Below, piece after piece: positions 46,813 through 57,230 of a DNA stretch of 64,000 nt. The position numbers and the translations under genes are program-made. How positions within the stretch are numbered: position 1 is the stretch's first letter; every line of letters begins with the position of its first letter. The stretch is from the NCBI RefSeq assembly GCF_006345805.1, contig NC_043002.1:112778001-112842000 (forward strand). The letters run 5' to 3'. Under the pieces are notes generated by a model. That model worked only from the letters and a program-made list of their open reading frames with translations, was not told the DNA's origin and did not search any database. Source of the stretch: Octopus sinensis. Its lineage: Eukaryota.

Positions 46813-48574
46813 GATTTTATTACTACCCACAAGGGGCGAACATAGAGGGGACAATACAATCGGGGAACTTAAAATAAGAAAGCGAAATGACAAGAAAAGG
46901 AAAAAATAAAAGTAAAAAATGACATATGAAAGAATATTTACAATGAGATGTAAATGCCCACTCGATCCCCGGAATCGAGAGGTTACATTTTCGTCACATA
47001 TATTTCACAATATTTTCTTTTTTCTCTTCTTTCTTCTCTCTCTTCTCACAATTCTATACGTATTCCATAATAGCTTTCAATTCTCTAAAGTCAATCACTG
47101 AGCCCTCAGGCAGCCGCTCTTTCACTCGAACACCCGTGTAAAAAATTACACTCTCTCCGGCAGCTCTGAGGAACTCAGCGACTCTTTCTTCGGGGATTAG
47201 AGCAGTCTCCTGCCACTGGTCGGTCATCCTGTTGACCCATATATGTCCCTCCGTATTACATGTCAATTCTTTCATTTCAGGGCAGAAATGGAAGGTTATT
47301 AACTTGTAGTAATCTTGTTTCCGTCCTACGTTTTCCCTCGTTTTTCTTTTCGGGCTTATTTCTTCCTTGTTCTCCTCTCTTTGTTTCTCTCTTTCTCTCT
47401 TTTTGCCTTCTTTTCTTTCTCCTTCCTTCTCTTGTCTTTTTGGTTCTTTGTCTGTTCTCTCTTTCTCTCGTGTTTTATGTTCCTTTTCTTTTTCTTTTTG
47501 TGTGCCGTCTTTTCTTTTCGTTTGGTTCTGATCTCTCTCTTGTTTTTTTCCTGTTGTTTCTTTTTCCTTTTTCTTTTCCTGACTCTGTTTTGGTTCTATT
47601 TCTTTCTTTTCTTTTATTTCTTTTTCCTTCGTTGACTTATTATTTCCTTTCTCTTGTTGTTTTGTCTCCTTTTCTATGTTTTCTTTTTCATTTACCGTAT
47701 TCTTCCTTTCTTCAAGTTCCTGCTCGTACTCCACTACGAATTCGTATAACGGGCACTCTTTTTTAATGTGCCCCCTTGTCCCGCACAAGTAGCAGTTTGG
47801 CTTTCTTCCCTCTACAATTACACTGAGGGTTTTCTCATCTTCAATTTCTATTCTGTAGGGGAACCTTTCAATGTCCTCTCTTGTGGCCATCAAACACAGT
47901 TCTACCCCATATCCTCTCCAGTTTATCGCGTTGGACTCCTTAAAGGATTCCACCTCCACTTCCTCTTCTGCTGCTCCTAGAATAGCTGTTGCCAGCCATT
48001 CTGTTTTCACTTCTGGGGGTATATTCGGGATTTTAACCCGGACCCCTCTTCTTCCCTTGTATGAGGGCCACATTATAAATGTTTCCGCTCTTAGTACAGT
48101 GGTAGCCAGTGAGGCTGCAATTTCTTCCGTTGCACATCTCACCTCCACCGTACCAAATTTCTTGCCTCTACTTACGTAGGTCGATTTCCCCATTATGTCT
48201 CCCAGACATTTTTCGATTTCTGCTATCTCCACTCTTGCCAGTTTCTTTGTATTTTTGTCTTGGGTTCTATATGTTACAGTCTTGTTTTCTTTGTCCTCTT
48301 TTGCTTTCGCGGGAGGGATTAGCTTCACGCTATCACCCTCCCTTTTGAATAGTTTTTCATATTCTTTGAGTTTACTCTTCTCAAAGAAAACATCCTTCAC
48401 GATTATCGAGTAATCATTATTTTTCTTTCCCGTGACCCCCGCGTAAGTCGCCATGACTAGAGGGTCAATTCACCTTCTTCGGAAGGTTTCCACACGTGGA
48501 GGCAAATGCCTCGCGCGATATTAATCACTTTACACAACAAAATTTCACTGTCTAGTCACAGATAACAACACACG
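46813..48574 (-). mobile_element. ORF1-only non-autonomous retroelement, unit B (apparently full length)
   Basis: Highly similar to unit A, with a ~120-nt 5' UTR; the A+B pair is flanked by a 13-bp TSD TGGGTATCGATGA (45121-45133, 48575-48587). Confidence 0.9.
47054..48454 (-). CDS. ORF1-like protein, 466 aa, intact
   Basis: As unit A; ATG-initiated and uninterrupted. Confidence 0.9.
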   Translation of the reverse strand: MATYAGVTGKKNNDYSIIVKDVFFEKSKLKEYEKLFKREGDSVKLIPPAKAKEDKENKTVTYRTQDKNTKKLARVEIAEIEKCLGDIMGKSTYVSRGKKFGTVEVRCATEEIAASLATTVLRAETFIMWPSYKGRRGVRVKIPNIPPEVKTEWLATAILGAAEEEVEVESFKESNAINWRGYGVELCLMATREDIERFPYRIEIEDEKTLSVIVEGRKPNCYLCGTRGHIKKECPLYEFVVEYEQELEERKNTVNEKENIEKETKQQEKGNNKSTKEKEIKEKKEIEPKQSQEKKKEKETTGKKQERDQNQTKRKDGTQKEKEKEHKTREKERTDKEPKRQEKEGERKEGKKREREKQREENKEEISPKRKTRENVGRKQDYYKLITFHFCPEMKELTCNTEGHIWVNRMTDQWQETALIPEERVAEFLRAAGESVIFYTGVRVKERLPEGSVIDFRELKAIMEYV

Positions 48575-48814
48575 TGGGTATCGATGAATAAGTGTCACAT
48601 TTCTTTATTACCCACTAGGGGCGACATAGAGAATACATACAATCACGAATGATGAAGAAAATAATTATGAACATTTGGGGTCGGTTAAAAATCGGAAATA
48701 AATAATAAATCGAATGGTTACACAATAGACACAATTAACAAAATTACAAGATGCAGTGGGGCGGGTTCGCGACCCCATGCTCCCCGCCACGACACTTAGC
48801 CTTCCTTTTTCTTC

Positions 48815-51800
48815 CTATCTCACATTTGTGAGGGATCTTTTACTCTCCACATTTTTCCATCTTTCATCAAACACTTTCTTACTCAGGCTCCTTCTCTCCA
48901 GCTCTATATGTCTTTTCAGGTGGAATTTAAAATATTCCACCAGACTTGAACCAGAGATGAAGTCGCCTGTTATCAACCCTTTCATCCTTGTCTTCCATAC
49001 TACCTGTTTCGCAGTTGAAACCACGGCGAGAAAACAAAACTTACCTTCTTTCGTTAAGAAATCAGGTGGGCTAATTTTTACAATAGATTCGGCTGATAGC
49101 TGTACTCTTCGTTCGCCTGACATTAGTTGTTCGGCACAATCCCACATATCTTTCACCCCCGAACACTGCACGATCGCGTGCGAGACGGTTTCCCGTTCTC
49201 GCCCACATCTCGTACAGGTCGGGCTGACTTGGCAACCGTGCCTTGCAAGCGTGTCCCGAACAGGTAAGGCTCCTCGGTAGCACTGCCAAGCCAAAGACTT
49301 CTGGAAATTATCCAGTGTCTTCGGCCCGAATGTACGTTGGAACAGACTGGCCAGCTGATTATCGTCGAAACCTAGGGTTTCCCCTAGCGTATCATCGTTA
49401 CCGGCCTCTACAAACCCTCTATAAAACACAGCGGTAGAACCACTGCCGCAGGCATTACCCGAGCGACGGAATAGTCGGAGTGCCTTGCGACACTCCGTAT
49501 ACCACGTACCCAACTTCGATCTGCGATTATACCAGTCCTCCCGGCCACCGAAACTGGTGAACCTGGGGAACATCTGTTTCGCCAGCGGAGACCACACCCG
49601 TTCACTACCCAGATGGAGCCACAGGTGCCTTAGCCTCAGCGCATTTCTGCGCATCATTAGCCACGGCATCCCTAGTCCACCCTGTAACGGTTTTTGACAG
49701 CAGACAGAGCGTCTCACAAGCGGTTTCGAGCCCTTCCACAAGAAGCGAAAGAGCTGTCTCTCCAACTTGATCAACCACGAATCCGGGCAAGGCACGACGG
49801 CAAGGCGGTAGGTGATCACCGATGCTATAAACACATTGGCCACATCCGCCCTACCTTTCAAGGATAACCACCGCCAAGACCAAATCCTGACTATTGCAGC
49901 CACCTTGCTCGATACCTCGCTCCAGTTCTTCTCTATTTGGAGGTCCGGACCGAACCAAACCCCGAGCAACTTAATCGGGCCCTCCGTCCAACGTCCCACG
50001 ACGCTGTCTGGAGGCATCGACTTGCCTCTCCAGGTGCCGAGTTGCAAGCCGACCGACTTTTCACGATTAACTTTTGCTCCTGTCACCGTCTCGTAAACCT
50101 CTATGGCTTTGCCTACTTTACGTAGGTGGTCCACTTCAGTCACGATGATAGTGATGTCATCCGCGTACGCCGAAACCGACATATCACGTCCTGGTTGCCT
50201 CGGGATGCCGCTCAGTCTTCGCAGCAGCGGCTCCAAGGCCACTACATACAAAAGCGGGGAGAGCGGACATCCCTGGCGAACCGAGCGTTTGACCTTGAAC
50301 GGCTTAGAAAGAAAGCCGTTCACCTGAACTACCGAGTCGGCGTTGTCATACATTTCGATGATCCACCTGAGGAAGCCAAGACCTAGGCCGAACTGAGCCA
50401 GAACGGACACCAGGTAGTGATGGTCGACCCTATCGAACGCTTTAGACTGGTCTAAATGGACCACTGCCCCTCCCTTGCCGGGATCGTTATTTATTCCCTC
50501 TATCGTGTATCTAATAAGATGGAGATTATCCTGAATGGCTCTGCCCGGTACGGCGCACGTTTGCGCTTTCCCAATCAGTCCATTCGCGACACGCGCCAAT
50601 CTGTTCGATAACACTTTGGCCAAAATCTTCAACTCTGCGTTAAGCAGAGTGATGGGCCTGAAATTATCTATTACATCCCCCTTGCTCTGGTCCTTCCTGA
50701 CTAGCGTCACCACTCCCCGGCGCACAGATCTGGGGATAAACCCATTCTGCTGCCAGTTTGCGTAGACGCCCGTCAGTAAGTCCCCGAACAAGTCCGGCAT
50801 ACTTTTATAAAGCTCGTAGGGTAGACCATCCAGTCCCGGCGCCTTACCCGCACCGCAGTCCGCCATGGCCTCTATTACCTCCCCAGGTGTGATCGGCTCC
50901 TCACTACACTTCGCATCCTGCCCCGAGAGGCGCGGCAGCCCGTCGAGGAGGTCCGTAAGGTCCCTCCCCCTATCCGGTCCGCCGCTCCCCCCGAAAAGCT
51001 GGGCGAAGTGGTCCTGAAAAGCTTGACACATCTCCTCGGGCTCGTCTGTCAACTTACCTTGTTGGTTCGCCAGAGATCGAATTGTAGCATCGTTGCCACG
51101 TTGGGCTTCCACCACTCGGGCCCATCCTGCAGCCTTGATTCCTTCGCTCCCCATTGTACGTTGTCTAGCCCTGACAATGCAACCCATGTGTTTGGCTTCG
51201 AGGTGCTGGTTAAGAACCAGTCTCTTGACCTTCACCTGGTCTGCATTGCCAGTTCGCATTGCTTCCTCTAAGTCCTTAACTAGTGTAGTTACCTTTCTAG
51301 CCTCTCTAGCTGCAAGATTAGTACTATATCTAACGGACTCGTATTTTATGGCTCGCTTAAGGGCATACCACCATTTGTTGTTACAAATGGAGCCGGTCAT
51401 GGCCCTCTGGATTATTAACCTAATCCTGTCCCTGTACTCCTTAATCGCCAAAAGGGACGTATTAAGTTTCCAGTAACCAGGACCTCTAGTTATCTTATCT
51501 ACGTCTAGCCTACAGGTGACCATCTTGTGGTCACTGTAGCTGACTATATGGAGTTGTGGACTCTTAACTAGGTTCTTATCTACCTTCCTAATTAATATCC
51601 TATCTATGTACGACTTTACCGATCCGTCGCTATTTGACCACGTCCACAGTGGAGCGCCCGGATGTTCCAGTCTATATGGATCTACCAGCTCAAAACGTCT
51701 TAGTAGATCCAGGAAGCAAGTATTTCCTTTTCTGTCTGTTTGCGGGCCTTCACAGTCTACCCGCACATCGCAGATTGTGTTGAAGTCCCCTAACATTACT

Positions 51801-52207
51801 ACTGGGCACGATGTACTCAGAAACTTCTCCAGGTTCCGATAATAATCACTTTTCCCCTTGCCGGGGGGAGCGTAAACCGCAACCAGCCTGATTGTCTTAC
51901 GGCTACTGAACGTCAACTCAATGACGACCAGCCTACCTTCCGGATCCGTAAAAATCAACTTTTTCTCAGAAACCCGGTTCTTTTTACACAGGACCAACAC
52001 CCCGCTTCCGCCGACCGACGGGTTCGGAGAGATGACACTCTCGTAACCGTTGAACAGCGGGAGCAGATCTCTTGGCCCCTTTAACCGGGTTTCTGTGGCA
52101 ACGACAACATCTAAATCCCGTGACCTGATGTCATTTAGGAAGCGCCCTTGCTTCCAGCTCTGCATCAGGCCACGCACATTCAAACACCCTACACGAATAT
52201 GAGACAT
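48815..52207 (-). CDS. Intact ORF2 (APE-RT-CCHC), 1130 aa
   Basis: All catalytic motifs present (GDFN, SDH, YADD, CTRC..ETVSHAIVQC) with no stops. Confidence 0.95.
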   Translation of the reverse strand: MSHIRVGCLNVRGLMQSWKQGRFLNDIRSRDLDVVVATETRLKGPRDLLPLFNGYESVISPNPSVGGSGVLVLCKKNRVSEKKLIFTDPEGRLVVIELTFSSRKTIRLVAVYAPPGKGKSDYYRNLEKFLSTSCPVVMLGDFNTICDVRVDCEGPQTDRKGNTCFLDLLRRFELVDPYRLEHPGAPLWTWSNSDGSVKSYIDRILIRKVDKNLVKSPQLHIVSYSDHKMVTCRLDVDKITRGPGYWKLNTSLLAIKEYRDRIRLIIQRAMTGSICNNKWWYALKRAIKYESVRYSTNLAAREARKVTTLVKDLEEAMRTGNADQVKVKRLVLNQHLEAKHMGCIVRARQRTMGSEGIKAAGWARVVEAQRGNDATIRSLANQQGKLTDEPEEMCQAFQDHFAQLFGGSGGPDRGRDLTDLLDGLPRLSGQDAKCSEEPITPGEVIEAMADCGAGKAPGLDGLPYELYKSMPDLFGDLLTGVYANWQQNGFIPRSVRRGVVTLVRKDQSKGDVIDNFRPITLLNAELKILAKVLSNRLARVANGLIGKAQTCAVPGRAIQDNLHLIRYTIEGINNDPGKGGAVVHLDQSKAFDRVDHHYLVSVLAQFGLGLGFLRWIIEMYDNADSVVQVNGFLSKPFKVKRSVRQGCPLSPLLYVVALEPLLRRLSGIPRQPGRDMSVSAYADDITIIVTEVDHLRKVGKAIEVYETVTGAKVNREKSVGLQLGTWRGKSMPPDSVVGRWTEGPIKLLGVWFGPDLQIEKNWSEVSSKVAAIVRIWSWRWLSLKGRADVANVFIASVITYRLAVVPCPDSWLIKLERQLFRFLWKGSKPLVRRSVCCQKPLQGGLGMPWLMMRRNALRLRHLWLHLGSERVWSPLAKQMFPRFTSFGGREDWYNRRSKLGTWYTECRKALRLFRRSGNACGSGSTAVFYRGFVEAGNDDTLGETLGFDDNQLASLFQRTFGPKTLDNFQKSLAWQCYRGALPVRDTLARHGCQVSPTCTRCGRERETVSHAIVQCSGVKDMWDCAEQLMSGERRVQLSAESIVKISPPDFLTKEGKFCFLAVVSTAKQVVWKTRMKGLITGDFISGSSLVEYFKFHLKRHIELERRSLSKKVFDERWKNVESKRSLTNVR

Positions 52208-52216
52208 TACTTACCT

Positions 52217-52897
52217 TTATTCCGTTTTTCCTTTGGTGGTCGTGGCGGGGAAGACCGCATTAATCAGTGACTCGTCCACTTCGAGTCGCGGACCCTTTAT
52301 GTCCCCTGCGAACTGTGCATTTAACATGTTAAAGTTCCGTAAGTCCAATTTATAAATTTCTACATTTTTCTGTAGATTTCTGTGGGTTTTCACCCTTACT
52401 GCGCTTGGGATATTTCCCATTCCACTTTTAAGTCGGTTATTATTTTTGTCTATTGCCGCATATACTATTTGGGCTTCTGTAAATCTGCTTTTTTGTGGGC
52501 TTTGTGGGGGTGATATGGAGGAGGTCGGGGAGTATGATATGGGGGAAACTGGGGAGGAGTTTGGGAGGGGAGGGAGATGCTCGGGACTGAGGGGTAGGGG
52601 TGGATTGGGTGGGGGCTTCTCTTTTTGTGGTGAACCGTGGTTGGGTGGGGATGGTTTTCCCCCCTGAGAGTTGGATTTCTTTTTGATTGTGCCAGGGTTG
52701 GTTGGGTTTGTATCCGCATTCTTTCTCTTTGGCGTTTTCTTCCATCTCACCGTTGTGAAGTCGTTCTCTTCTTCTTCTTCCGTTTTTTTCTCTGCTTCTT
52801 CTTCTGTCTTTTTCCTTCCTTCCTCTTTCTTGCTGGTGGGGCATTCCATACGGATGTGACCTATCTCGCCACATCCGTAGCAACGTGGCTTTCGCCC
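52217..52897 (-). pseudogene. 3' part of ORF1 of copy b1
   Basis: RKPRCYGCGEIGHIRMEC through to PATTTKGKTE*; lacks the N-terminal half. Confidence 0.9.
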
Positions 52898-52919
52898 TCG
52901 ATGAATAAGTGTCACATTT

Positions 52920-55900
52920 CTTTATTACCCACTAGGGGCGACATAGAGAATACATACAATCACGAATGATGAAGAAAATAATTATGAACATTTGGGGTCG
53001 GTTAAAAATCGGAAATAAATAATAAATCGAATGGTTACACAATAGACACAATTAACAAAATTACAAGATGCAGTGGGGCGGGTTCGCGACCCCATGCTCC
53101 CCGCCACGACACTTAGCCTTCCTTTTTCTTCCTATCTCACATTTGTGAGGGATCTTTTACTCTCCACATTTTTCCATCTTTCATCAAACACTTTCTTACT
53201 CAGGCTCCTTCTCTCCAGCTCTATATGTCTTTTCAGGTGGAATTTAAAATATTCCACCAGACTTGAACCAGAGATGAAGTCGCCTGTTATCAACCCTTTC
53301 ATCCTTGTCTTCCATACTACCTGTTTCGCAGTTGAAACCACGGCGAGAAAACAAAACTTACCTTCTTTCGTTAAGAAATCAGGTGGGCTAATTTTTACAA
53401 TAGATTCGGCTGATAGCTGTACTCTTCGTTCGCCTGACATTAGTTGTTCGGCACAATCCCACATATCTTTCACCCCCGAACACTGCACGATCGCGTGCGA
53501 GACGGTTTCCCGTTCTCGCCCACATCTCGTACAGGTCGGGCTGACTTGGCAACCGTGCCTTGCAAGCTTGTCCCGAACAGGTAAGGCTCCTCGGTAGCAC
53601 TGCCAAGCCAAAGACTTCTAGAAATTATCCAGTGTCTTCGGCCCGAATGTACGTTGGAACAGACTGGCCAGCTGATTATCGTCGAAACCTAGGGTTTCCC
53701 CTAGCGTATCATCGTTACCGGCCTCTACAAACCCTCTAAAACACAGCGGTAGAACCACTGCCGCAGGCATTACCCGAGCGACGGAATAGTCGGAGTGCCT
53801 TGCGACACTCCGTATACCACGTACCCAACTTCGATCTGCGATTATACCAGTCCTCCCGGCCACCGAAACTGGTGAACCTGGGGAACATCTGTTTCGCCAG
53901 CGGAGACCACACCCGTTCACTACCCAGATGGAGCCACAGGTGCCTTAGCCTCAGCGCATTTCTGCGCATCATTAGCCACGGCATCCCTAGTCCACCCTGT
54001 AACGGTTTTTGACAGCAGACAGAGCGTCTCACAAGCGGTTTCGAGCCCTTCCACAAGAAGCGAAAGAGCTGTCTCTCCAACTTGATCAACCACGAATCCG
54101 GGCAAGGCACGACGGCAAGGCGGTAGGTGATCACCGATGCTATAAACACATTGGCCACATCCGCCCTACCTTTCAAGGATAACCACCGCCAAGACCAAAT
54201 CCTGACTATTGCAGCCACCTTGCTCGATACCTCGCTCCAGTTCTTCTCTATTTGGAGGTCCGGACCGAACCAAACCCCGAGCAACTTAATCGGGCCCTCC
54301 GTCCAACGTCCCACGACGCTGTCTGGAGGCATCGACTTGCCTCTCCAGGTGCCGAGTTGCAAGCCGACCGACTTTTCACGATTAACTTTTGCTCCTGTCA
54401 CCGTCTCGTAAACCTCTATGGCTTTGCCTACTTTACGTAGGTGGTCCACTTCAGTCACGATGATAGTGATGTCATCCGCGTACGCCGAAACCGACATATC
54501 ACGTCCTGGTTGCCTCGGGATGCCGCTCAGTCTTCGCAGCAGCGGCTCCAAGGCCACTACATACAAAAGCGGGGAGAGCGGACATCCCTGGCGAACCGAG
54601 CGTTTGACCTTGAACGGCTTAGAAAGAAAGCCGTTCACCTGAACTACCGAGTCGGCGTTGTCATACATTTCGATGATCCACCTGAGGAAGCCAAGACCTA
54701 GGCCGAACTGAGCCAGAACGGACACCAGGTAGTGATGGTCGACCCTATCGAACGCTTTAGACTGGTCTAAATGGACCACTGCCCCTCCCTTGCCGGGATC
54801 GTTATTTATTCCCTCTATCGTGTATCTAATAAGATGGAGATTATCCTGAATGGCTCTGCCCGGTACGGCGCACGTTTGCGCTTTCCCAATCAGTCCATTC
54901 GCGACACGCGCCAATCTGTTCGATAACACTTTGGCCAAAATCTTCAACTCTGCGTTAAGCAGAGTGATGGGCCTGAAATTATCTATTACATCCCCCTTGC
55001 TCTGGTCCTTCCTGATTAGCGTCACCACTCCCCGGCGCACAGATCTGGGGATAAACCCATTCTGCTGCCAGTTTGCGTAGACGCCCGTCAGTAAGTCCCC
55101 GAACAAGTCCGGCATACTTTTATAAAGCTCGTAGGGTAGACCATCCAGTCCCGGCGCCTTACCCGCACCGCAGTCCGCCATGGCCTCTATTACCTCCTCA
55201 GGTGTGATCGGCTCCTCACTACACCTCGCATCCTGCCCCGAGAGGCGCGGCAGCCCGTCGAGGAGGTCCGTAAGGTCCCTCCCCCTATCCGGTCCGCCGC
55301 TCCCCCCGAAAAGCTGGGCGAAGTGGTCCTGAAAAGCTTGACACATCTCCTCGGGCTCGTCTGTCAACTTACCTTGTTGGTTCGCCAGAGATCGAATTGT
55401 AGCATCGTTGCCACGTTGGGCTTCCACCACTCGGGCCCATCCTGCAGCCTTGATTCCTTCGCTCCCCATTGTACGTTGTCTAGCCCTGACAATGCAACCC
55501 ATGTGTTTGGCTTCGAGGTGCTGGTTAAGAACCAGTCTCTTGACCTTCACCTGGTCTGCATTGCCAGTTCGCATTGCTTCCTCTAAGTCCTTAACTAGTG
55601 TAGTTACCTTTCTAGCCTCTCTAGCTGCAAGATTAGTACTATATCTAACGGACTCGTATTTTATGGCTCGCTTAAGGGCATACCACCATTTGTTGTTACA
55701 AATGAGCCGGTCATGGCCCTCTGGATTATTAACCTAATCCTGTCCCTGTACTCCTTAATCGCCAAAAGGGACGTATTAAGTTTCCAGTAACCAGGACCTC
55801 TAGTTATCTTATCTACGTCTAGCCTACAGGTGACCATCTTGTGGTCACTGTAGCTGACTATATGGAGTTGTGGACTCTTAACTAGGTTCTTATCTACCTT

Positions 55901-57208
55901 CCTAATTAATATCCTATCTATGTACGACTTTACCGATCCGTCGCTATTTGACCACGTCCACAGTGGAGCGCCCGGATGTTCCAGTCTATATGGATCTACC
56001 AGCTCAAAACGTCTTAGTAGATCCAGGAAGCAAGTATTTCCTTTTCTGTCTGTTTGCGGGCCTTCACAGTCTACCCGCACATCGCAGATTGTGTTGAAGT
56101 CCCCTAACATTACTAGGGGCACGATGTACTCAGAAACTTCTCCAGGTTCCGATAATAATCACTTTTCCCCTTGCCGGGGGGAGCGTAAACCGCAACCAGC
56201 CTGATTGTCTTACGGCTACTGAACGTCAACTCAATGACGACCAGCCTACCTTCCGGATCCGTAAAAATCAACTTTTTCTCAGAAACCCGGTTCTTTTTAC
56301 ACAGGACCAACACCCCGCTTCCGCCGACCGACGGGTTCGGAGAGATGACACTCTCGTAACCGTTGAACAGCGGGAGCAGATCTCTTGGCCCCTTTAACCG
56401 GGTTTCTGTGGCAACGACAACATCTAAATCCCGTGACCTGATGTCATTTAGGAAGCGCCCTTGCTTCCAGCTCTGCATCAGGCCACGCACATTCAAACAC
56501 CCTACACGAATATGAGACATTACTTACCTTTATTCCGTTTTTCCTTTGGTGGTCGTGGCGGGGAAGACCGCATTAATCAGTGACTCGTCCACTTCGAGTC
56601 GCGGACCCTTTATGTCCCCTGCGAACTGTGCATTTAACATGTTAAAGTTCCGTAAGTCCAATTTATAAATTTCTACATTTTTCTGTAGATTTCTGTGGGT
56701 TTTCACCCTTACTGCGCTTGGGATATTTCCCATTCCACTTTTAAGTCGGTTATTATTTTTGTCTATTGCCGCATATACTATTTGGGCTTCTGTAAATCTG
56801 CTTTTTGTGGGCTTTGTGGGGGTGATATGGAGGAGGTCGGGGAGTATGATATGGGGGAAACTGGGGAGGAGTTTGGGAGGGGAGGGAGATGCTCGGGACT
56901 GAGGGGTAGGGGTGGATTGGGTGGGGGCTTCTCTTTTTGTGGTGAACCGTGGTTGGGTGGGGATGGTTTTCCCCCCTGAGAGTTGGATTTCTTTTTGATT
57001 GTGCCAGGGTTGGTTGGGTTTGTATCCGCATTCTTTCTCTTTGGCGTTTTCTTCCATCTCACCGTTGTGAAGTCGTTCTCTTCTTCTTCTTCCGTTTTTT
57101 TCTCTGCTTCTTCTTCTGTCTTTTTCTTCCTTCCTCTTTCTTGCTGGTGGGGCATTCCATACGGATGTGACCTATCTCGCCACATCCGTAGCAACGTGGC
57201 TTTCGCCC
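52920..57208 (-). mobile_element. Copy b2 (same truncation point; frameshifted ORFs)
   Basis: Collinear with b1; 1-2 bp indels break ORF2 and ORF1. Confidence 0.95.
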
Positions 57209-57230
57209 TCGATGAATAAGTGTCACATTT

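Larger units (their letters stand above)
48603..52897 (-). mobile_element. 5'-truncated Tx1/L1 element, copy b1
   Basis: Truncated in ORF1 just before the zinc knuckle; TSD on both sides. Confidence 0.95.

Noticed and set aside
52545-52620. G-quadruplex-like G runs on the + strand
   Set aside because: They are explained by proline codons (CCN) of ORF1 on the minus strand.
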